NCBI GenBank assembly: GCA_043805855.1
Contig: JAZDHP010000006.1
Location: 1 to 15,560, forward strand
DNA from: Candidatus Micrarchaeota archaeon
Lineage (GTDB): Archaea; Micrarchaeota; Micrarchaeia; Norongarragalinales; UBA8480
Reading direction: 5' to 3'
DNA: 15,560 bases
Below are positions 8,240-15,481 of this stretch, one piece after another. Positions within the stretch are counted from its first letter, which is position 1. Each line of letters starts with the position of its first letter. The notes under the pieces are model-generated. The model ran no database searches. It worked only from the letters and a program-made list of their open reading frames with translations, and was not told the origin of the DNA. The position numbers and the translations under genes are program-made.

Positions 8240-8839
8240 TCAATTCACCTTAAAGTTTAATTTAGATTCTTTTTCCAAAGCGCTTTCAAACACAAATTTT
8301 AAGTGCTCGTAAGATTCACGCATTTCGTCCTTGCATTCTTGGATTGTCAGCACGTTCCACTTTTCTTCAATCTTGTGAAAAACGTAAGATAAAGATTTTG
8401 AAAAAGAATCACTGCGCTTTCCTTCAATCCAAAGCAAATGTAAACTACCAATTGGCGGAAGGAATTTATACGCATCAGCGTTTGCGACGATTTCGCCTTC
8501 TAAATATTTATGCACCTTAGCATGATGTTCGCTCATAACTTGAAGTGATTTTTCAGCAAATTCCTTTGAAGCTCCAGCATCGCTAAGCACCTCGCGAGCA
8601 GCTACTAAACTTTCTTTAACGTGGTCTTGAACGCGGTTCTCTCGAAGACACGGGCCAATTCGCAAGTCACACAACCAAAGCGCAGTTTCAACTATTTGCT
8701 CGTCGCCCTTCATCTTTTTAGCTAGTGAAATTGCTTTTTCAATTGCCAAACGAGTGTAAATTTCTGGCGGCGCGTTGTTGTTCTGCGCTTCGCGTAACCC
8801 AACTTCGCGAATTGTTTGAATTGTTGTTTGACTTTCCAT
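8240..8839 (-). CDS. HD-superfamily-like protein with degenerate HD motif
   Basis: The pattern LAKKMKGDEQIVETALWLCDL...DH...EHH...EIVANADA matches HD-domain spacing, but has LCD in place of LHD. Confidence 0.65.
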   Translation of the reverse strand: MESQTTIQTIREVGLREAQNNNAPPEIYTRLAIEKAISLAKKMKGDEQIVETALWLCDLRIGPCLRENRVQDHVKESLVAAREVLSDAGASKEFAEKSLQVMSEHHAKVHKYLEGEIVANADAYKFLPPIGSLHLLWIEGKRSDSFSKSLSYVFHKIEEKWNVLTIQECKDEMRESYEHLKFVFESALEKESKLNFKVN

Positions 8840-8843
8840 TTTA

Positions 8844-9737
8844 TCACAGCACTTCTTTTAGTTTTTCAACTATTTCATGATGCGCTTCGGCAACTAACGC
8901 ACCTGCGTCGGCAAGCGCTTTTTTCTTTGCCTGTGGGCTGCCAGTTGAACCTTGTATAATTGCACCAGCATGTCCCAACTGCATGTTCTTTGGCAAGTAA
9001 TCCGCAAATAGCCCAGCAACAAACGCAACTACTGGTTTTGTGATTATTTTTTTCTTTATCAGTTCAGCGGCTTGCTCTTCGTACGTGCCGCCGAGTTCGC
9101 CGAACATTACGATTGCTTTGGTTTCCTTGTCGTTTTCAAATAGTTGCAACGCGTCTGGAAACGGCGTACCTGCGAGTACGTCACCGCCAATGCCAACTGC
9201 AGTACTCTGACCGTAGCCTGCTTGGCGCAATAACCACGACGTTTCGTTGGTCATTGACCCGCTCTTTGAAACAACGCCGATATTGCCCCTTGCGTAAATT
9301 CTATCCGGGTTGTTTCCCCCAATTGGGCCTAGCTTGCATTCGCCTGGCGTAATTATCCCAACGCTAGTTGGTCCAACAATGCGCGCTTTGCAACGAACAG
9401 CTTCGGCAATTACAATTGAAGTGTCAAAAATCGGCATGCGTTCGGTAATCACGTCAATTAGTTTTATCCCATTGGCCATCGCTTCGAGACAAGCGTCTCT
9501 AGCTGCAAATGGAGGAACATAAACAACCGAAGCATTAATACCGCTGTGATTAGCAAGCGCTTCTTTTACAGTGTCGTAAACTGGAATGCCACTCACTTCT
9601 TGCCCGCCTTTTCCGGGCGTAACGCCTGCGAGAATCTTCGTGCCGTAAGCTTTCATCTCCTCGCTGACCTTTGCTGCTTCGCGGCCAGTAATTCCCTGGA
9701 TTAAAACTTTAGTGTTCTTATTAACAAGAATGCTCAT
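8844..9737 (-). CDS. ccsB: Citryl-CoA synthetase small subunit (SCS-alpha/SucD-like, phospho-His subunit)
   Basis: IQGITG CoA-binding loop, GVTPGKGG, SKSGSMTNE, GIGGD, GELGGTYE and GHAGA (phospho-His). The CCS assignment comes from the partner subunit and the adjacent lyase. Confidence 0.8.
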   Translation of the reverse strand: MSILVNKNTKVLIQGITGREAAKVSEEMKAYGTKILAGVTPGKGGQEVSGIPVYDTVKEALANHSGINASVVYVPPFAARDACLEAMANGIKLIDVITERMPIFDTSIVIAEAVRCKARIVGPTSVGIITPGECKLGPIGGNNPDRIYARGNIGVVSKSGSMTNETSWLLRQAGYGQSTAVGIGGDVLAGTPFPDALQLFENDKETKAIVMFGELGGTYEEQAAELIKKKIITKPVVAFVAGLFADYLPKNMQLGHAGAIIQGSTGSPQAKKKALADAGALVAEAHHEIVEKLKEVL

Positions 9738-9738
9738 T

Positions 9739-10983
9739 TTAGTTTTTCACCTTTTTTGCAGGTTTAGCGCTTGATTTGCTAGTTGTTGCTACTCCCTTTT
9801 TAGCTTTGTACTTGTTTGCGAGTTCAACCATTATCTTTGCAGTTGAAGTCATCGGCGTGTCCGCACCGTAAAGGTGAAGATCAAGGCCAATTTCTTTTGC
9901 CAACTTGCGCATGATTTCAAAACCTTCTTTTTCTCCCGGACCAGCTCGGCGAATAACAATTGGAAACGCTGGCTTAATCTCACGCAGCGCTTGTGCAATG
10001 CCTTCAAACGTCACGTCAACGCGAGTGTTACTTGCAATTCCACCAGCAATCCAACAACCGTTTAACCCCGGCTTGCTGAGAATAACTTTTGTCAATTTGT
10101 ACATTTTTTCCGTTGGAGGGTTTCCGCCGTATTCAGTGTAATTCGCTGGCTTTCCACCAGCAACAAGCAACGCGTCTGTATTTGTCAATGACCCGCCACC
10201 GCCTGAAGTCATCATTGCAATATCTCCGTCAAGTTCAATATATTTTCCCGCAATACCACGGTGGTCGCCTTCGTCGATTTTCTTCGCGTCCAACTCGCGC
10301 TGTGTTGGCAAACGGTCAAACGCACTGCGTTGTTTAAACGTGAAATCTTTATGACGGTAAAGCGCATCGTCGTCCAAGATCATCGCAGTTCCAGCTGCAA
10401 CTACACTCCCGTCAGCAGTTAAACATAATGGATTAATCTCTACAATCGTCGCATCGCAGCCGACAAAACACTTGTACAACCGCGTTAGTGCGTCGGCAAC
10501 TTTTGGCATTGTTTCTCCAGTAAATCCAGCTTGCTTGCACAGTTCTCTTGCCTTCCATCCCTGGAGCCCGTCGAGAGGGTCAACTGGAAATTTCACTAAC
10601 TTTTCAGGATGATTCTTCGCCAACTCTTCAATTTCAATCCCGCCTTCGCTGCTTATCACAACAACGGGTTTCTTCTGCTGATCGTCGTAAACAATACTCA
10701 AGAAATACTCCGCCGTGATGTCAACTTTATCTTCAATGTAAACCTCGTGAACTGTTTGCTCGAGGATTTTCTTGCCAAGCATCTGACTAGCGGCGGCTTT
10801 TGCTCCTTCAATACTATCAACAATTTTAATCGCGCCTGCTTTTCCCCTTTTGCCAGCTAGTACCTGCGCCTTTACAACTCCTGCGCGATCTACTTCTTCA
10901 ACTTTTTGAAACACTTTACCTTGCGGTATAGCTATACCATACTTTGCAACAAGTGCCTTTGACTCATATTCGTAAAGTTTCAT
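9739..10983 (-). CDS. ccsA: Citryl-CoA synthetase large subunit (ATP-grasp + ATP-citrate-lyase-type citrate-binding domain)
   Basis: MKLYEYESK, VVKAQVLAGKRGKAGAI and EINPL mark the ATP-grasp domain. The C-terminal SGGGGS, ANYTEYGGNP, GGIASNT and IRRAGP follow the ACL pattern, not the SucC pattern. SD GAGGAG at 10997-10992. Confidence 0.82.
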   Translation of the reverse strand: MKLYEYESKALVAKYGIAIPQGKVFQKVEEVDRAGVVKAQVLAGKRGKAGAIKIVDSIEGAKAAASQMLGKKILEQTVHEVYIEDKVDITAEYFLSIVYDDQQKKPVVVISSEGGIEIEELAKNHPEKLVKFPVDPLDGLQGWKARELCKQAGFTGETMPKVADALTRLYKCFVGCDATIVEINPLCLTADGSVVAAGTAMILDDDALYRHKDFTFKQRSAFDRLPTQRELDAKKIDEGDHRGIAGKYIELDGDIAMMTSGGGGSLTNTDALLVAGGKPANYTEYGGNPPTEKMYKLTKVILSKPGLNGCWIAGGIASNTRVDVTFEGIAQALREIKPAFPIVIRRAGPGEKEGFEIMRKLAKEIGLDLHLYGADTPMTSTAKIMVELANKYKAKKGVATTSKSSAKPAKKVKN

Positions 10984-11121
10984 GAAATATACTCCTCGTA
11001 TTAATTATTACAAGAAAATCTAGCCGACAAACCTTTAAAAAACCGACGAAAAACGAAGCCATGTACGGCAAAGAGCGTGAACGCATTGGTTTAAACTTTA
11101 AAAACATCTAAACAAATAGCA

Positions 11122-12513
11122 ATGGAAAATTACACTTTATTCGGCTCATGGGAATCCTGCCCACTATTAGCAGGGCACCAATGGGTTAATGTCAAGGCCA
11201 ATAAAAACTTGTTAAAAATCTGTCCAATTGAACGAAAGCTAAAGTACGTTTGCAAAAACGGCAGCCAATATCTCTTTCTTGAAAATAACTATTTAACTGA
11301 ATTAAAAAAATGGTGTAGCGAAAATGAAAACAACTCCGCGTTTTTCCAAAAGCACCTGCGCAATTTCCACACAAAAGCTGAACTAGTAAAGAGAAAAATC
11401 GACACAATAACTCGAGTAAAGCCGCCGAAGTTAACTGACGAGGAACTCGCCGTAGTTTACAATAAAGTAGTTGAACAAATAAACGAAATAACCCCGTTCG
11501 ACCAATTCGGAATGATCACTGAGTCAATATTCGTTGAAAAATTGTCAAAAATAATTTCCAAAGACGCAATTGCCGCCGCAACAATGCCGCCGTGGAGTTC
11601 AACAACAGTAAAAGAAGAACTAGCGGTCGTAAACGCGGCACTTGAAAGTATTACAAATCCAAGCGCAATTGACAAAGGCACAGTACATTTAGCAGAACAC
11701 TATGGCTACATTCCAGTTTTTTGCTTCAACCAAAGCTGGAACGAAGAACACTACGAAAACGAAATTAGCGAAAAGGCAAAACTTGGAAGGGAAAAGTTAG
11801 AACAGCGCAAAACTGAGTTGGAAAACTTTGAAAAAACAACGCGGGAAAAAATCACCGCTGCAACTGCCGGCATTAATTCACCATTACCTGAAATGCTTCA
11901 AGTGCTTTCATTCACGCGCAACGAAGCCGAACTTGTACTTAGTTACGGCAACTGGAAAATGCAATCCTTTTACAAGGAGATTTGTAAACGCCTTAGCATC
12001 TCCGCCGCACAATTGATATTTTACACTCAAGAAGAACTGACAAGCGCAATTATACAAAGAAAAGCAAACGCGGAAATGCTAAACAAACGCAGCACAAGCG
12101 CAATTGGAATTTACACAGACTGCCACAGCGAGCGGCTGCTAGAAGAAAAAGAAATAAATGAGCTGATGAAAAACGCTGCGGTAAAAAGCGGCGCAACTCA
12201 ACAACCAATGTGCGCTTGTCCGGGAAACGCAACTGGAAAAATACGCATAGTGCGAAATGCTGACGATATACTTAATTTTCAACAAGGCGAAATTCTCGTT
12301 GCAAAGTGGACTTGCGTTGACTTTTTACCCGCGATGAAAAAAGCAGCTGCGTTTATCACAGAAGGCGGTGGAATAACGTCACACGCCTCAGTAATTGCGC
12401 GCGAGTTAAACGTACCGTGCGTTATAGGTTACAAAAACGCGACAACAGCGTTCAAAAATGGCGACGTTGTTGAAGTGAACGCGGAACAATTAAAAGTCGT
12501 AAAAGTGAATTAA
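11122..12513 (+). CDS. Second PEP-utilising enzyme mobile-domain protein; no ATP-grasp domain
   Basis: C-terminal GEILVAKWT...ITEGGGITSHASVIARELNVPCVIG. Same architecture and size as 215..1579. Confidence 0.85.
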   Translation: MENYTLFGSWESCPLLAGHQWVNVKANKNLLKICPIERKLKYVCKNGSQYLFLENNYLTELKKWCSENENNSAFFQKHLRNFHTKAELVKRKIDTITRVKPPKLTDEELAVVYNKVVEQINEITPFDQFGMITESIFVEKLSKIISKDAIAAATMPPWSSTTVKEELAVVNAALESITNPSAIDKGTVHLAEHYGYIPVFCFNQSWNEEHYENEISEKAKLGREKLEQRKTELENFEKTTREKITAATAGINSPLPEMLQVLSFTRNEAELVLSYGNWKMQSFYKEICKRLSISAAQLIFYTQEELTSAIIQRKANAEMLNKRSTSAIGIYTDCHSERLLEEKEINELMKNAAVKSGATQQPMCACPGNATGKIRIVRNADDILNFQQGEILVAKWTCVDFLPAMKKAAAFITEGGGITSHASVIARELNVPCVIGYKNATTAFKNGDVVEVNAEQLKVVKVN

Positions 12514-12519
12514 ACTAAA

Positions 12520-13689
12520 ATGGTAGCAGCAACTGAAAGAATAACTAATCCAATTTTTTCTGCAAAGACAAGGCTAGTTTTCGCTGAACTTGACCGTAGT
12601 TTACCTGTTGACGAAAAAGCATTGGCTGAAATGGAGCGGAGAAAAGTTATAATCCGCGTGAAGAACCACGCCGGACTAAGGAGTAATTTTGAAGAAGCTG
12701 GAAAAAAGCCAGAAGAATATGAACACCTCTACGCAATTCCCTTCCGGAAACCAGTACATCCCCTCGAAGTACCTGAATCGCGCACGATTCATCGTAGAAG
12801 TATTCACACGTTTAACTTGCCAAATCGACAATTTGTGTTTAAGGGAACTGGCGTAGATGATGCGCCAGTTAGTTTCGGCCGCCGGACTCACAGTATACGC
12901 GAACAAGAATTTTACGGCGGGGCTACTCTCGAAGGTATTAAAGCTGCAGTTGAAACTCTACAAACTCTAGAGCAAGAGTATGAAACTGCTAAACTAGAAA
13001 AAGATCCAATTGTAAGCTGGGCAAAAGAACACGGCGTAAAAGAATTGCCAGTTATAAAACACGCTGCAGTGTTCAAACCCCTGCAATTTGCGGCATTACC
13101 TAAATGGCATGAAAGTGGAAAACGTAGAGTCGCGATAACCAAAGCAGAATTTGACGCACATGGACTCGGTAACTTTTTTGGTGAGGAAAGAGTACACACA
13201 TACTCGGCTAGCCGCCCTGAAAGAATAAGCGAATTTGCTCTTTCAGACCCAACAAAAAACTGGATAAGAAGCTACATTAAAGTGAAAAACATAGACAAGC
13301 GTACAAAGCGCAAGTTACTAAAACAATTTGTTGTGCGAGGACTACTATTGCTGCACATTGCAGACAAGAGCAAAATTGGTTTATGGCAAGATAGAATGGG
13401 CTCTCCATTTGCACAACGTAATGCTAGCCCAGTTGAATTCTTTGACTTCGATACCGGGCATAATTCAAATTTGCGCAGTCCCAGCGAAAGAGCAGAAGCA
13501 ATTGAAGAATTTGCTGAAACAATTGACACATTTGGAAAGAAGCTAAATGACAAAAGAAAGGAACGCAGTGAATATCTGCGCGGAGATTTGCAGCGGTATA
13601 TTTACGCGGCGTTAAATCACGCCCACAAAAACAACCTAAAAGAAATGGAACAAGAACTAGACAAAATAATTAACCGTAGCTTACGTTAA
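12520..13689 (+). CDS. Hypothetical protein, possible atypical kinase-like (SelO-like) fold
   Basis: 389-aa ORF 6 nt after the previous stop. Motifs FVFKGTG and LLLLH...RN....FFDFD. Confidence 0.6.
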   Translation: MVAATERITNPIFSAKTRLVFAELDRSLPVDEKALAEMERRKVIIRVKNHAGLRSNFEEAGKKPEEYEHLYAIPFRKPVHPLEVPESRTIHRRSIHTFNLPNRQFVFKGTGVDDAPVSFGRRTHSIREQEFYGGATLEGIKAAVETLQTLEQEYETAKLEKDPIVSWAKEHGVKELPVIKHAAVFKPLQFAALPKWHESGKRRVAITKAEFDAHGLGNFFGEERVHTYSASRPERISEFALSDPTKNWIRSYIKVKNIDKRTKRKLLKQFVVRGLLLLHIADKSKIGLWQDRMGSPFAQRNASPVEFFDFDTGHNSNLRSPSERAEAIEEFAETIDTFGKKLNDKRKERSEYLRGDLQRYIYAALNHAHKNNLKEMEQELDKIINRSLR

Positions 13690-13690
13690 A

Positions 13691-14242
13691 CTACTCAATC
13701 TTAACTTCTTTTCCAGTTTCCTTTTTTTCACTTGGCTTTTTCTTTTGAATTACAACTTCGAGTATGCCGTTCTTGTAAGTTGCCTTTGCACTATCTTCCA
13801 AAACAAGTTCTGGCAGTTTCAACGTTTTTGCAAACTTATGGTGCGAGTCGTGAACTGTAATTGAAATGCTCTCCGGCGTTGTCTTTAGCTTAATGTTGCT
13901 CTTCTCTACGCCTGGAAGCTCGGCAATTACTCGAATTTCTTTAACGTGGTTAATAACGTCCACTAAAGGTTCACGTTCCTCTTTCACTTCACCTTTTGCA
14001 ACGTTGCCGAACTGCTGGACGTGCGGCTTGCCGTCAGGCCCAACGCGTATATTTACACCGTAGACAATTGGTTCGCCTGGCTTTAAGTTTTTCTGCCTTT
14101 TAGCCATATCGCCCATTAGTTGGTTCATCAATTCGTCAATTTGGCCAAAGCCAAAACTACTCTCAAAATCAGAGAAAAAGTCATCACCGCTGAAGGGAGA
14201 ACCATCAAAACCAAACATAGACCTACGTTTTTTACCAACCAT
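13691..14242 (-). CDS. hsp20: Archaeal small heat-shock protein Hsp20
   Basis: Motifs PIVYGVNIRVGPDGKPHVQQFGNV, REPLVDV, AELPGVEK and AKATYKNGILEV. SD GAGGTG at 14258-14253. Confidence 0.95.
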   Translation of the reverse strand: MVGKKRRSMFGFDGSPFSGDDFFSDFESSFGFGQIDELMNQLMGDMAKRQKNLKPGEPIVYGVNIRVGPDGKPHVQQFGNVAKGEVKEEREPLVDVINHVKEIRVIAELPGVEKSNIKLKTTPESISITVHDSHHKFAKTLKLPELVLEDSAKATYKNGILEVVIQKKKPSEKKETGKEVKIE

Positions 14243-14312
14243 AAATGTAAAACACCTCGAATATGCTACGCAACACGAGAATTTAAAAATTTAGTTTACC
14301 TGAAATGTAACA

Positions 14313-15167
14313 ATGCAACTTGAAATTCACCCATCGATAAAGCCACGCGTGCGACAACTTAACGCACTTGCTAAGGAAATGATAGAAAGTTGCGATTCGC
14401 CGGCAAATGTGCAGTTTCGATTTGGAAATAACGTAAACCACAATGAAATAGCTTTTCCAGCAACAAACAAAAGAAACAGAGTGCTTCAAATTATTGCGTT
14501 TAACCAACGAGCTGAACCAAAGAGCGCAAGAGAAGTACAGCTTGAAACTTGGCATGAAACTGAACGCACGAGTGACGAAGAAAGTCTCCCTTACATATTT
14601 GAACTGCCAAACGCATCAATACCAACTGCGTTACGCGACGCGTGGGATCGCACTGAAAGCGAAGCGATAAAACAACTTCAACTTAAAGAAGGGCAACACG
14701 TACTAGAACTAGGCCCAGGAAAAGGAAGCGCAATAGCGAAGATATTACGAACTAAAGCCAAAGTAACTGCAATTGACCATTTACCGGCAGTTACTGCTAA
14801 ATTACAACGACAATACGCACCTTACATTCAAAATGGGCAACTAAAGTTACACACGGGGCAATACACTGAAACAACAAGGGCTAGTCAATGGCGCCACGGC
14901 GAAATGGACCACGTGGTTTCATTCTGGGCAACTAACCAACATCCATTTCCACAAAACGTGTTCAAAATGGTACGCGCTGCGTTAAAACCAGGCGGCACTT
15001 ACACCTTTGTAGAAGCTACTCCCTTTTACGACCACACAATCGCGCAGTTGAAAAAAGCTGGGCTACAAGTTGAAAAAGTAGAAGTTAAGGAAACCGTACC
15101 AAAAATACCAATAGATGGCAAAAAAGTAGAACTTTACACAACAGTAATAACCGCAGTAAAAGCGTAA
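14313..15167 (+). CDS. Class I SAM-dependent methyltransferase with unassigned ~100-aa N-terminal region
   Basis: Motif I VLELGPGKG, motif II VTAID, MDHVVS and RAALKPGGTY. Confidence 0.85.
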   Translation: MQLEIHPSIKPRVRQLNALAKEMIESCDSPANVQFRFGNNVNHNEIAFPATNKRNRVLQIIAFNQRAEPKSAREVQLETWHETERTSDEESLPYIFELPNASIPTALRDAWDRTESEAIKQLQLKEGQHVLELGPGKGSAIAKILRTKAKVTAIDHLPAVTAKLQRQYAPYIQNGQLKLHTGQYTETTRASQWRHGEMDHVVSFWATNQHPFPQNVFKMVRAALKPGGTYTFVEATPFYDHTIAQLKKAGLQVEKVEVKETVPKIPIDGKKVELYTTVITAVKA

Positions 15168-15200
15168 AAACTATTTACATCAAACAAAAAACCAAACTGC

Positions 15201-15208
15201 TTTTAAAC
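15201..15208 (+). promoter_or_regulatory. TATA box of the tRNA gene
   Basis: TTTTAAAC lies 34-27 nt upstream of tRNA position 1, which implies a short 5' leader. Confidence 0.6.
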
Positions 15209-15249
15209 TTGCAATAACAAAACAATTACAATATAGCCCCGTCGTCTAG

Positions 15250-15313
15250 AACCGCCTTTTTCTTTTTTAAAGAAAAAGGCCTGTTCGGCCCAAAAAGAAA
15301 AGCGGTCAGACAA
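15250..15313 (+). other. tRNA intron 1 (position 15/16, D-loop), 64 nt
   Basis: Central helix GTCT(15244-47)/AGAC(15308-11), bulges AG^A and AA^T, outer pairs TC/GG, and inner stem ACCGC/GCGGT with one extra C (relaxed BHB). Confidence 0.88.
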
Positions 15314-15336
15314 TGGTCAAGGATACGGGCCTTTGG

Positions 15337-15402
15337 AAAAAGGCCCTCTCATAAAGCCAGAGGTCTAAAAGGCCTGCGGCGATTGAGCGGCCTTTTAAGG
15401 CA
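15337..15402 (+). other. tRNA intron 2 (canonical 37/38), 66 nt
   Basis: Strict BHB: helix CTTT(15331-34)/AAGG(15397-400), bulges GG^A and CA^A, inner stem AAAAGGCC/GGCCTTTT. Confidence 0.92.
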
Positions 15403-15423
15403 AGCCTGCGACAGCGGTTCGAA

Positions 15424-15481
15424 CGGCTTTTCTTTTGAGAAAAGAAAAGACCGAGGGAAAAGAAAACCCTCAAACTGAAAA
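15424..15481 (+). other. tRNA intron 3 (position 59/60, T-loop), 58 nt
   Basis: Helix TTCG(15418-21)/TGAA(15476-79), bulges AA^C and AA^T, closed by the T stem outside and G15425-C15475 inside. Confidence 0.9.

Noticed and set aside
8844..10983. Succinyl-CoA synthetase sucC/sucD call
   Set aside because: The large subunit lacks the SucC GNGAGL/NIFGGI/VRLEGT motifs, has ACL-type motifs, and a citryl-CoA lyase is in the same operon.
13734..13748. GGCTTTTTCTTTTGA in hsp20 resembling the intron 3 arm (possible antisense target)
   Set aside because: It is a low-complexity Lys-codon run (QKKKP) on the minus strand, so a chance match is likely.
14296..14310. TTAC-N7-GTAA as a heat-shock regulator site
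   Set aside because: The arms are only 4 bp in AT-rich DNA and do not match an archaeal heat-shock operator I can name with confidence.
28..14555. About 25 short ORF-track entries antisense to or out of frame within longer genes (e.g. 28..222, 3082..3435, 6997..7428, 7540..7890, 14283..14555)
   Set aside because: They are shadows of well-supported genes, with no motifs or initiation signals of their own.
15250..15481. Reading the tRNA-region hairpins as terminators, a CRISPR array, or a split/permuted tRNA
   Set aside because: There is no regular repeat-spacer period. All four exons are colinear and in cis, and the hairpins lie inside BHB-bounded introns.
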